Source of the DNA: Perkinsus olseni
Lineage: Eukaryota
Assembly (NCBI GenBank): GCA_013115125.1
Contig: JABANN010000026.1
Coordinates: 62,001-121,162 of the forward strand
Length of the DNA: 59,162 nt
Direction of reading: 5' to 3'
The number at the start of each line of letters is the position of its first letter. The first letter of the stretch is position 1. The notes beneath the pieces are model-generated. The model ran no database searches. It was given only the letters and a program-made list of their open reading frames with translations, and was not told where the DNA came from. The position numbers were made by a program, and so were the translations under genes. Below are positions 35,743 through 48,617 of the stretch, in pieces.

Positions 35743-38102
35743 CTACTGAATCGTTTGTGCTACAGCGAGCATCCCCCTGTCTTCGTGGTAGAGAATATGG
35801 CAGTGAAGGACGATGCCACCCGTGAAATCGACCGACCAAAATCTCACAGTCACGCCATGCGCGCTGAAGTTGAATTCGCCAATAGTATCGTACCTATGCT
35901 GGGTATCTAGCAGGACGCGAACATCGCAGTGGTCTACTCACCAACTCCCCATGATGAAACCGGCCTCCTCAGCTTCATGTTTGCTGGCATTACTACGAAA
36001 TCTTACAATTTGTACAGGATAGGTATGCATGTGCACTGGGTGCTTCCAGTCCCCTGTCTCGTAGACCCACTCGTTCAAGTCGCCTAGATGCATTTGAGTG
36101 AGGTAGTCGGTGGCGGACGTGAAAGATTTGCCATTCACTGCGCGGTTCCCGACTATGTCCCGGGCAGCGTTGAAATTAAATACCGAGAGGACTATGAAAA
36201 GAATAACTGCTGCTACTAACACCGTAACCATCAATGCCTCAACGATACGGAATCGGCAGCGTTTCGCTTGCAGTTTTACACATCCAAATCCTCTCAAACA
36301 GAGGAACACGAGCCACGTACATAAGAGGAGCCCCACGAAGATGGCAAGGCCGGCGAAGAGCCAACCTAGAAAGGTTGGCGATGGAAAGGGAGGAAGGTAG
36401 CCCCCGAACTTGAGGTGAAACGGGGGGGAAGTCGAGGAGAGATTCCTGGTATCCGTCAGGTATCTCGCAGTGGGCTCCGGGTAACGTGGTGGCGTTGGCG
36501 ATCCAGAGACCGAGGAGACCGGAACCACGCTGAGGATCTCTCCGGCATACCAATAGTTGTCGGGACTCTTGTGCCTCACACCGACAAACTGCACATGCTG
36601 ACCAGCATTATCGCAACGTAGAGCAATGTCACGGCGAGAAGCGGGAACAAGGACAAACGACGTAACCGTCCTGGACCCTCCCGTCAGAGGTACCCCGTCT
36701 GTGCCAATCACCTAACAAGAATCGCAACTTGCTAGTACTTCCTTCTAAGAACGACCTTCTCTATGGAGGTCGGGGCAGGCGGCGGAACCAGGTGCCCGCT
36801 CAAGATGCTCACCCTCATCTCACAGGCTCCAGTTGGTAGAATGGTGATATTCACATGCGCAGCCACGGGCGGATGAATGAATCGGAGGACGCCCCATTCC
36901 TTCAGAGGGACTTGGATTGAGGGCGCTGAGGCAGATCAAAGTGTCGATCAGACTGGGCTCAGCATCAGTCTTGTTGCGACAACGAATGCCCACAACCCCT
37001 ACTCACTAACGAGGCCGTTCACGAGGTACTTCGAGAACGCCGGTTCGGTAGACTCCCGAGAAGCGATTTGCTCCGGCCTTAGCGAGCTTGGTGGTCCGTT
37101 GATGTCCCCGGCCTCATGGCTGTAGAATGGCCAATCCACACCTGATTCGCGAGGATCGATCTGGCTTGAGGTACTGGATAGCGAGTTCGAAGAGAAGCCA
37201 TCTGCAAATGTAATTAGACTTTAGGCACCGCGATGCGATGGAGAGACCGAGTCTTGGTGAAAGGCACTCTCACCTTGTGCATCCGCCGTGGGCTTCGGCT
37301 CCAGTTTGTAGCAGTTAAAGCAGACGTGGCCCAACACCAAATTTTCCTCAAAGGGAAATTCCTTCTTACCGTTCCTGAGGCAACAGCAACTGCTTACCGA
37401 CACTAGTTTAGCCACTACCGATCTTACGCAGGGCCTACGATGAGAGCCCCAGCAAGACCTTGGCCGACTTGTACATTAGTACTACCATGCAGATGGGCGT
37501 GATACATGTACGTACCTGGGAAGCCGGCAGTGGTGAGCGCCTAATACGAGATGACTAAAGGAAGGGCCGTGCCCGAATGCAGATATATACACTCACCGTG
37601 TACGTGATCCTGAGGGATGTGATAGACGTAGGTGAGATTGTCGCCTGGCTGGCATGACAGAAATATATTGTCCTCGTCTGGAGATACATGCATACCATGG
37701 ACGTGCAGATTAGTGGCGTTTAACTGAGATGAAAAAAATCACCCTCTTTTCGACGTGCGGTGTTCAGGCTCACTCTTCCCACGTGGTTACTGTGATATTT
37801 TCCCTCGGGTGGCTTCAACTTGTTCACGATGTTGATGCGGAGCGTATCACCAGGTGATACCCGTATGGTCGGGCCGACCAGTCGGCCGTTGTAGACTCTT
37901 GGGCGCCAGTGCTGTATTCCAACCTGTCATGTACCGTTGCGAGGCAGAGGAATCCCGCAGAAGAGCATCGTCGACCTACACTTTCCATCAGCTGTGGCCC
38001 AGCTAGGTCGAGGATGAGGTCATGCTCTATGAGTGTTGAATACAGTTGCTGCAGCAGGGACGTCGCAGAAGCGATGAACTGCACGAGGTGGCGGAAGCGC
38101 AT
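35743..38102 (-). CDS. Three-domain multicopper oxidase with internal transmembrane hairpin
   Basis: YNGRLVGPTIRVSPGD, TNLHVHG, YMYHAHLHG, HPVHMH and HCHILYHEDRGM: all four Cu-binding motifs, with an axial Met. Confidence 0.88.
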
Positions 38103-41100
38103 TCGAAGTGCGAAATGGCAAGCTGTGATGACTTTGAGCCCCCTGATGGGCCTACTTCAGGGAGCGATTCGTGCAATGATGAGATTTCGGCCTCGCGCAT
38201 GCGCTCGAAACATCATATGAATGATCGTGCTCAGTTGATATGATTCTGGAAAGATCTTGCTTGACTCGTCATAGAGCCAAGCAACCGTTAGCATCAGAAC
38301 ATCCGTTAACGGGCGGCTCTCGGTGGAAAGCAACGTTCATGGAATCGGCGCACATGTCCCCGGCTGCACGCATGCTTATGATTTGTGAGCCACCAGGCAG
38401 TCAAGGTGGTTCCTGAATTATGGTCCCTACAGGCATTGCCACCATCTTGAGATCGAATCAGAGCCTCCCACTACGATCAGAAAAATGGTGGTCATACACT
38501 GTATCTCGATGTAGCCTCCTTCGCAAACATGGTCAACGATCTGCATACATACAATCTACATCATTGCATGTGCTAGGTACTCTGGCGGTGGACAGTGCTC
38601 GAGGTACGAGACTGAGATATGACCTATATCATATTAGTGAGGCACAGTTCGGATCCTGGGAAGATTCATTGCAGAGGAAAAGCGTAGTTTCCCCGCGGCT
38701 TGAACGATGCCGCAGAGATCACCCTCTGGCGGAGCCGCGATTGGGACAGCAGCAAGCACAAGTTGTGCTGTACACGGGGCAGCCACGGTGATCCCGCAGG
38801 CTGCGGCTCGCAGCACCGTTTGCCGATTTGCAGTTCAGCGGTCAGATCGTTACTTAGGCGCCGCCCAATGGACGGATATGAACGTCGGAAATCACCGTCA
38901 GCAGGGTAGGTATGCGTCATACCGCATGCGAATCCTGATCCGCGGCTGATCCAGAGTAAAATCTCACACAGATGGATCAAGCGTTGATTCTCCCCAATAT
39001 TATTCAGAGCTTTTCCTTCCTTTTCCTCATCACGATCAAGTGAGTGATTCACGGATCCGGCTCACTACCCGAGGATCAGAATCATTGTTGCAGGATCTGA
39101 GTCGGAGTTTCCGGACATTACTGTGATCCGGTTCAACGACCCAGATCGGGATCATCACTCCCATCCGTGGATCAGGATCCGCATACTTACTCAGAATGGT
39201 CGGACCTACGCTGAGCCGCGCCTGACCAGAAGGGTCAGCTGAGCTGTCCGACGCCGGTGCGAAGTGGCACCCGAATTCTCCCACTGCAAGTCAGTGGGGT
39301 TCTGAGCTCGCTTGACCGAGATGACTCTAGCTGTGTTCATGTTACTCACCGGCCTCTGAATTTCGACTCCCGATTGAAACAGCTACAGACTGTAGTCTAC
39401 AGTCTATCCCGATTCTCACTAACTGACAGCCGGGTACCGAGGTCTGGAGGTAGCCTCTCTCTTACCGAGCTTGTAGCCCGGCCCTTGGGGCATTCCAATG
39501 ACGCAAACAGTCATGATAGTCCTCTTGTAAGCAGCCGCGCTAGCCAGCCCCTCAGCCGCTGCCAAGAGCTCGGCCTGCGGAAGCAGGTATAACAGACAAT
39601 AAAAAAAGGTAACAGTGTGGATGGACAATAACCATTGATGATGAAGTATTGTGTCGTTCCTGTGTTTGTGTTATCTCTCGTGCAATTGATTTGTGTCGCA
39701 AAGCATATCGTAGCCTGCCGTCAGACGAGCCTTATGATTTGGATGAAATAAGTTGAACTTGTTATGAATTCTTCCTACAATGGGTGACAAGGAGGGAACA
39801 AGGAACTTCAACACAGTGGCACATCGTGCTTCTCTGAAGGTGAGGATTCTCTGGGTACACAATTCGGCACGCTTCTTCCGCTTCACGGCAGCGAACAGCT
39901 GAGCGATGCCGAAGCAAACCAACGCCTTGACAGTCTGGATGCGGTTGTTACAGCCCGCAACTTAGGGGAGCAAAATTCCTTCCTTGCCTCCACTGGCCTG
40001 TCGCGGACGGTATTGCTGCCAGCAATTTGCTGCGGAATAAGTTGACAATATCCGTTTCATCAGTCGCGTTGGTTGAGAGACCCGAGACGAAATTGACAGT
40101 CGTTGGGATGATCTAACATAGGATCCTGAAGTGGCCGTCTACTCGTTCACCAGTGAGAGTGTCACAGGTTGACTCCAGGACCTCTACTGTATTCTGGGCG
40201 TATAGTGCACCTACAAGCTTTGTAGTGAAAAGCCCCTGACTCTGAAAGGTTGTTTTGAGAGCATTGGCTAGACTTACTGGGTGTACAACGGTCACTTTGA
40301 CCCCGAGGATCACTGCAAGGCCCCTGAAGGATAGTGGTGAGCAACGTTCATCCGACTCGTAAGCGGAAATGAACTCTCGAAACGCGACTAGTTTACAGGC
40401 AGCGCGCACGATGGTATCGCGACATTTCCTACCAGTGATCGATTACGGCTGATCGACGAGAGTGGAATCCGGGGGAGTAGAGGAATTTTTCACCCCCGCA
40501 CAACGACGACGACGACGATCGGTCGATGATTCGGTTGTGTTCATACCATTGCAATAGTGCTGGTCCAGCACTGCTGGCTGTTAAGGCGATGCGACACCTG
40601 ACTGAATTGGAGACTGGAAGTTCTGCAGGGCCAACATCACTTTCCGTGCTAGCGATAACACCAGTTCAGTAGGGACAACCCGCTCCAGTGACAGTTCAGT
40701 ATCGAACAGCTTCCTTGAGGGCCCCAGTTTTTTCTAATAACGCGCCAAATCCGTGCCAGCTGGCACCCGAGGAGTGGTGTTGTGGTTCGTCGACGCGGTC
40801 GCTATCTGATACTTCACACTCAACTGCAACGAGACAAAATTCGATGAAATCTGAAAATCTGTATACTACTGAACTCACGCTCATCGAGGAATAACCAGGT
40901 GAAGTAACGGTAGTGTGAACGGCACCAAAGTTGAGAAGCGCTCAAGGTTGCTGTCGACGTCCTTTCTATCCTTCATTTCGAGTAGCCATCAGTCGTACTC
41001 ACAAGTCACAACCCTTTGGATTCAACAGACCCATGAGAAGAGTCGAAGCCGGTCTAGGGGGGCCTCAAGACTCGCGCACGGCGAAGAATTGAATATCAAA

Positions 41101-41431
41101 GGCTGAACTGTGAGATACTAAACCGAGGCATCTCAAGAAACTTCAGGATGAAATAGATGAACAGAGCCCTCGAGACTTCTCTACGATCACAGACCTGACA
41201 CACGACACCATCATCGTTAAGGCGGCTACACAATACCAACACATCATTATATATGATGGTTATTTTACTCTTGTAATTGATACTGTAACATTATACTAAT
41301 GAGAATATACTTATACACACCTGTGAAACCATAACTCTGAAAGAGTCGGAAACCTTGCGGCCCTACGGACCATACACGATCGATCCGAAAGAAGTACTGA
41401 CAGCTGTCCCAGACGATACTTGCCGTGACGA

Positions 41432-42530
41432 TCACTGCCCTCCGCCACCACTACTACTACCGCTAAATAGAAGGGATATGACCTGAAGAGAGATGGTGAT
41501 GGAAGGGTCAGGAACAGTCATCCGCCTTACTGTAGTGACGACCATGCAGAACATAATAGTACTGGTGATGGACAAGCTGGTTATCGAACTAAGGAAAGTA
41601 GATGGACTGCTAATAAGCCATGATTCGCGCTTTACTTCACGAAGACCGTCCACCAGAGCAATGGAGATGTATCAATACAAGTGACGGAGCTGTTCACCCA
41701 AACCATACCTGGCACCAGCTGGGATTCATGCCAAGTTCACGACGTGGCTCAGGAAATCTCAAAACAGAAGGTCAAACTCTAGGATTAGCAGATTTCCTGA
41801 TATTTTTCTCTCCTCAGTATGTGAGACGAGACGCGTAAATCAGCGTGAAATTCCGAGGAGGAATGGGAAGGAATTGGGGATGCATTACCGGCACACAACC
41901 AACAAAAAGAAACCGCCAAGAGCAACAGCTCGAGGATGAAGCCACCCCTGAAAAACTGAGAATCTATCAGACGGAGCGAAGCGCAGAAACCCTACTTGAA
42001 AGTCTCCTCACGGCCATAAGAGTAGACCAGGAAGGTTGCTGGCCAACCAAGTAACAGTCCCACTGAGAAAACCAGACTCGTACTACTGAAAGACCGGCGT
42101 TAGCTCACCTATCGCCCAGGCCAATAACGGCACATCGCAAGGGATGCCGAAGCCCCGAATGGTAGCCACCAGAAGGGAAGCATCGAACATACTCATACAC
42201 GCCATAACACTCGGTAACCACCTGATCTCAAACTCCAAGTGCATTCGTAAAGGTAACAGACTTACTCTAGGAATTTCCTCGGCCTCCCAGAGTTGAGCTT
42301 GGACCCTCTACTTGTGTGATGAGGGTGTTCGTCCTCATCCATAGGCTCTACTCTACCTCCCTTCGTCGCTATATTAATCGGTACGCCGTCAGAATCACTG
42401 CTCGAAGAGGTTCTCCTGGGGCCTGAAACAACGTCAGAGACATCCCCAAGAACCTGGAATAGTTTTTCCGCGGCTTCGGGAGAATATGAAGCAGATGGAG
42501 GGAAAAAGACTCTGACAGGTCCACCTCATA
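41432..42530 (-). CDS. Hypothetical multi-pass membrane protein, spliced
   Basis: Exons IPCDVPLLAWAIG, LLLGWPATFLVYSY, GMVWVNSSVTCIDTSPLLWW and a hydrophobic last exon, joined by short GT-AG introns. Confidence 0.45.
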
Positions 42531-42989
42531 CTATACAGCAATCGACCGACGACTGAGGCTAAAAGGCGCTTCTAAGCTCGTGATGGAACAAACGAGATAA
42601 TCAACCGGACAAAACTACGTCAAATGGTCTGATCGAAAGATGATACCAATGCCTCTAACAAGATGTTATGCCGATAACCCCAAAATTAAGCATCCGGGGA
42701 ATTTAACGGAACATTCGATAGAAATAGAGTTCGTACCTGGTGAACATCGTGTGAGACTGAAATCCATATGCAAAGGAGGCGATGATAACTCAGCTTGGAC
42801 AGAAAATCCACACCCTCTGGTGCCTTAATGCCATCAAATATGAGTTGGAATGACTCATTATACCGAACGATCTCAGATGCATCGACTAATGATGTTATGA
42901 GAAACACCGAAGTTACTTGAGATAGAGGTAAAGACACGGTGCATCGCTCAACTACGAAGAGCGGACGCGAGAGGGGCAATCGTACACAT

Positions 42990-44102
42990 GCCCGTTACCT
43001 ATAAGGGAGTTGGAAGTAATGGGTATACCGAAAGATCTCGGACACGTCGAATAATGATGTAATAGAAGTAGAGGCACAGCGCAGTACAGGAAATGAGCGT
43101 GGGGAGAGGGGAATGATACGCTGGCTCTTTACCTCGTCTTACCTTCGCCGAAAAAGTCACTCGCGTCGACGCCTTCGCCACCTGGGCCACCCTGATGAAG
43201 AGGAGAAAAAGGCGGAGCGAAGCGATTTGTTGTCGCTTACTGATAGGAGAGCCGCTCCCACCAGAGGAGCAGCTGTGGGCATCATGCCCAGCTGGATCGG
43301 CACGGACACAGGAGGTAGAAGGGGGTAGCTCGCTAGACCTCCAGGCTGAAAAACATATCTTCATTCACGTGTTCAGCACGAATCAACCTAAGATACGACT
43401 TACATCAACTTGCCAGAAGGTATCCCATGCCTGCTGGAGGAGGACAAGCCCGTCCTCCAGCCCCAGCATGTGGTAAGCCCAAGATACCGATGAATACCAC
43501 CTCGTATCTTCAAAGTGGGTTATGGAGAAAGCGCACGCCCTGGCAATCGATTGAGCGGAACGCACCGACCTCTTCCTATACTTTGGTCACTAAAGTTTAG
43601 TGGTCATAAGAGACAGCGTCCTACAATCAGATTGGCTCTCACATGATGTCCTCACTAGCCTACCATGAATATACCGCCATAATACTTGGAGGGACCGGTA
43701 GACTCGGCAGTCACCTCGTCCGCAGTTTCCTCTTGTCTCCTCTGTGTAAGCGGTGCGCATCCTAGAGCCTTCTGTGAATATCTTGGAGTAGGTAGCCGTT
43801 TGGTCTCCGTAGGACGACCTGGCCATGCTGATAGACTTAACAACTTTATCACCGATAAGATGGGAGCGGCTGGGGCTAAGTAGTATCGGAGTGTCGCCGG
43901 TCCTTAGGGTGGGGTAGAGGTCCCTCTGGCAGGTCCAAGTTAAAGGCAATCGACATAGCTGAGGATTTATCAGACTTGCCAGCCGCTATGAAGGAGCACG
44001 GCACGGGGGCAGAGCTGGCGGTCTCTGCTCTCGGAGCCAGAGGAGGCAGGTAACGACGGGTCTCGTTGGTGTAGTGGAGGAATCTTCGGTGTCATACCTC
44101 AT
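42990..44102 (-). CDS. Hypothetical spliced protein
   Basis: Coding-like exons (RSAQSIARACAFSITHFEDTR; LEDGLVLLQQAWDTFWQ) with short canonical introns. Ends unresolved. Confidence 0.35.
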
Positions 44103-44349
44103 GGTCGGTGGTTCGAACACCTGTAGGTCTATTTTCCTTATTAGATACGGTCTAGCGAGCCCCGCTGACTTACTTCGATTAGATGTCGCTGAGAACCTAA
44201 GTTTTGCCGAGACTGCAGCCCAAGACCTCGGTACTTCCTAAGGCTGCTTTAGCGCTCCACCGTCATAGAAATCATACGACTTCAGTCAGGCGCTTCCCAT
44301 ATTACATTGATGAGCCACGTGGGGGCTAATTACGCCAGGTGGACTAAAA

Positions 44350-45700
44350 ATGAGAATGCAGAAGATGAGGCGACACCGAGAAATTTCAAGGACGCTAAAG
44401 GACTTCTTGAGTGAGTGGCGACTACCTGGACTAGCTCGCCTTCATTCGATGGAGAATTACTCTGTTGGAGCTGTGTAACAACACCCCCCTGTCCGGCTAG
44501 GTGTTAAAACTGTAGGACTTTGAGTGATGGTAGTGGAAACCAGACGGACCCTACCGAGGGTACCATCGCCGCTTGCACCGGCAGAACCCTCACATCACTT
44601 GCTGCTCTATTCCAGCACCCTTCAGAGGGCTCACGTCGTCATGGGCAGTGGGCGTTGGCATCTGGGTGGGGGGGGACACATCGTCAATGCGCAAACGTCG
44701 TGGTCCCTCGACCTTAGCTGTCCCAACGCCCACTACGGTCGAGCAACCGAGGACGGCGGCGTTTGTTGCCGGTTTTGCCATCGATATTCCTATTCAGGTA
44801 TCAGGTAGAAACCTCGGAGATCCTGAAGAATCTGGGCACTCGGGTATCAATCTTCAAGCCGTCTCTAATCACAGGCGAGCCCTGTGATCAATGTGGTAGG
44901 ACAAGTTACTCACTCGAGTGCCTGGAATTCTCCATAGCGTTAGTCGGGAAGGATGCCAAATTTCTTACTAAGGGGTTCCGATCGGTTTCATAGCGGCTTC
45001 GATAAGTTCGCTGTTTAAGAGTGCCTAGGTTCGACCTCTGATTTTTCGTCGCGGTGCGTATAGTGAACTCAATGACGCTCAATTTTGCCATCTCTTGCGA
45101 TAGTAATTCTGTTGCCTCAGACGGACCGCCTACCAGCAGCACATCATCAGTAAAGGAGCGGCTGATTGATACGTTATACCCCATCCAAGCTCAATTCATG
45201 CGGGCGCAGTATCGGGAGATCAGCGCCGATCACCTTGCATTAGCGGTAATATAAGAGGGGCTCCGGCACTTCATCGGTAGACGACGGGTGTGATAATTTC
45301 CGTGTTCCGTTTCACGTGATGGTCAATTCGCGGCATCAATATTATCGCTCTTCTTTCGCACTATGCAAGGGATTGAGACGCCTGAGGGTGGGTTGAAGAA
45401 TGCCAGCTAGGAATTATCCGTAGGTCGAACTTTTTGCGCAGAAAGCTCGAAACTTTGCGGGAACAAATTTGAAGTTTCAGCACTGTGTGACGAAAGAGCG
45501 ATCGCGTGTTGATGTCCTCCCGATGAAGTTTATCTTAGCTTACCTTCGGGCAGAGTATCTTTGGTGAGTGTTGATGACCGTGGTCGACCTTAGATACGCA
45601 TCAATCATGAGATGTGTGTTCCCTCGGAGGGGGTATTAATGGAGCCGTTGGGTTACGAGGAGTGCATGAGGTTAATTGGCAAGGATGAAGATATTTGAGT
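44350..45700 (+). CDS. Hypothetical spliced protein
   Basis: Coding-like pieces (VETSEILKNLGTRVSIFKPSLITG; ...CMRLIGKDEDI*) with GT-AG introns. Family not established. Confidence 0.3.
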
Positions 45701-45913
45701 TGATGCTCTTCTACTGCTATTTTTACAAGTATTGTGCTGTTTCCACGTTCTGTCGCTTCTGAGTAGCGCATTCGGGGGTAGATTATTCGTATTCGCCATG
45801 GATCGACCTAAGATGCTCTCCGAGCTGGATGATGGAAAACGCTGTTTTCATCGACGAAAGCGTTGATGGAAGTTTCTACACCTTCGTTGTTGGTAAATTT
45901 GAACTCTCATAAA

Positions 45914-47523
45914 ATGTCTGGACAACAGCGAACCCTTCAGCCCTATGTTACCGGAGCTTCAGTATTGGCAGTGAAGTAAGGCGGAGCGAAGCGATTCATG
46001 TTTTGTATTTTCTATTGTTAGGTACAAGGATGGTATTATGATGTGTTATGATACGCTCGCTAGCTATGGCAGTTCTGCAAGATACACCGGGGTGGACAGG
46101 GTTACTAAGGTGAGAGTTATTACAGAAGCTTGTAAGGTTGAAGGCTTCCCCGTCGTTGTGACTGGCCGCACGCTAGACTTGTAGTGGCTGTTTTTACGTG
46201 GTCCTAGAGGCCTCTTGCGTCGGCGTAGTTTCCCGAATATGGCAACAGGTCTTTATTGCCCAGCATCATTCAAGTCTTGTGATTGCTATTGTGGATCATT
46301 CGTTTTGTGTATTTCAGATCGGTAGTAATACTCTAGTGGCTGCCTCCGGAGAGATTTCGGATTTCCAGTAAGTATCTTAGGTTGACCATGGGAGATGACG
46401 GAAGATTTTTCTGCATAGGTACCTCACTGATACTCTTCATGATCTCGAGAACGAGGACTGGCTGTGTGATGACGGAACTGAGTGAGTGGTCGCTGGAATA
46501 GTATCCTGGGTTGCTGCTTGAAAGATACGCGAGAGGTCAAGAATGTTCCACAACTCTTCTCAGGCGTAGTCCGTCGGAGTGGGCTCAATACATCAGTCGC
46601 GTCTACTACCAGAAGAGAGGCAAGATGGATCCTCTTTACAACAACGTGGTCATTGGCGGCATCAACAAGAAGGGCAGTGAGAAGCCCTCCTACCTCGCCA
46701 CTGTCGACCTCTATGGCACCTTCTTCGAGGAGGATATTGTAGCGACAGGTAATGTCTCCGGGCTGCACTTCGTTTCTTAGTGGCTTAGCGATTATTTGCG
46801 ATAATAATGATGGGTATCCGGTTATGGTCGCTGATAGTATCTCCAATAACACGAGGAGTTCGCTAAGAGCTAATGTCATTTCAATGCGCTTCGCTCCGCT
46901 GTATTCAAGACGCAACACTGTCAGCGTTACATGGATCAGCACGCTTTCTCATGTGCGCTGAGTCTCATATCACCGGATACACCCGAGTGGCACAACACCT
47001 TTACTCTGGACCAGTATTCAGTGTTGTGGCATCAAAACAACGGAAGGACCGCAACATCGTTTCAGGTTTCGGTCAGCATTTGGCCCTCCCCATTATGCGT
47101 CGTAAGCATAGCAATGATATGACTGAGACAGAGGCCAGGGACATGTTGGAAGAATGTAGGGATGATGGTATCTTTTCGGCATGCGTGCTAATCATGGTGG
47201 TTATTTTACTAGGCATGAAGGTTTTGTTTTATCGTGATTGCTACTGCTCCAACAAGGTGAAGTTTGCGACGATCACCGCTGAGGGCTCGAAGATCTCCGA
47301 TGAGGTAGTCCTATCGACTGTAGGGCACACCAGTGAGCTTCGCTCCGCTGTTCACTGTCCGAGGAAGTATCGCAGCGGAGCAGCGCAATGATCTACTTCC
47401 TATGCGATCTGCTTCGCTCCGCTATTTTCATTCTTATAGGTCGTACTCTCCGGCAAGTGGGACTATCAGAGGTGGATTACTCCTACTATCGAGATCGCCC
47501 AGACTCTCGGCTCCAGCTGGTAG
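45914..47523 (+). CDS. PSMB4: 20S proteasome subunit beta-7
   Basis: RTLQPYVTGASVLAVK|YKDG...DTLASYGS, SGEISDFQ, YQKRGKMDPLYN, VDLYGT, ATG|FGQHLALPIMR, MKVLFYRD, ending GKWDY...SSW*. Confidence 0.93.
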
Positions 47524-47886
47524 ATTCCTTCTCCACTAGACACCACGGTGTTGATGCAAGGCTGGTGGTCAGCGTCATTAACAGCGATAAGTATTTCTTA
47601 ATGTATTCTGTGATGCGTTATCAGTGCTCACGATGGAGGACCCATCCCCATACAGGAGAACTTCTGGTTCACGTTGGTGTGGTACTGTGGGGCTCAATGC
47701 CAGCGGCCAACATTCGCTTGTAATCTTCAAGACTATTGTGCAACTCGAGGTAGTAGTCGTGAAGCGAACCTGAAATTACTGATTTCTCGCCGTTGAATCA
47801 ACGGCGTTGATCGAAGGGCCTGTCTCCGGTCGTGCAGGGTTCAGTCGCAGGCCTTCTGTGACTGAAACGTAGTTCCTGTGTTTTCA

Positions 47887-48617
47887 ATGCCACCAAGCCC
47901 AGCAAAGGAGGGCATTCATCGCATCCTACATCTCCTAGAGCCCCCAGCCAGGCTCACCGGAACGGTCGCATCTGGCTTCGGGAGAGGGTCCAAGTTGTTG
48001 GGCTATCCGACGGCTAACATCACCTCCGAAAGCCCTGCCGTCGCCCGCTTCCTCGAGACTGCGGAAACTGGTAGGGCGGGGCGTCAGGAACGTTTCACAG
48101 TACACTAGAGTATATGCTGTTTGCCTCGGGGACAGCGAAGCGGTGGTCTGCTGTTCATTGAGGATCGTGAGTGGCCGCCGCCCAGTGATGATTACCCTCA
48201 GACCACACTGTTCGCTCGAAATCGCCTATCGTTGTCGAATCTCGTACATGCTCTTGGGCACGTTTCTACCGGCGGTAGTGTATCAGGTGTCTACCTGGGG
48301 TTCGCCCAAGTCCGGTATCCAGACGGGCACCCCATTCCACAAGCGGACCTCGAGGTTCATCCCACAGCCCTCAGCGTCGGGGTGAACCCTAGCTTCGACG
48401 ATGTTAAGGAGAAGCTGGTGGAAGCATACATCATGCATGAGTAATAATGGCAGCTGCACTAAGTTCGAACCACAGCTCATCATCATAATCAACCGTGTTG
48501 CGTGTTTCAGGTTTTCGGCGGACTTTTATGGCTCAGAGCTTCGATTGCTAGTGCTCGGAAGATTCCGCCCGGAGTATCCGTTTGAGTCGATTGAACAGCT
48601 GAAGGCCGAGATGAAGG
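47887..48617 (+). CDS. RFK: Riboflavin kinase (3' end unresolved; may extend to 49514)
   Basis: GTVASGFGRGSKLLGYPTAN, GVYLGFA, SVGVNPSF, EAYIMH, DFYG and RPE...FESIEQL. Confidence 0.9.
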
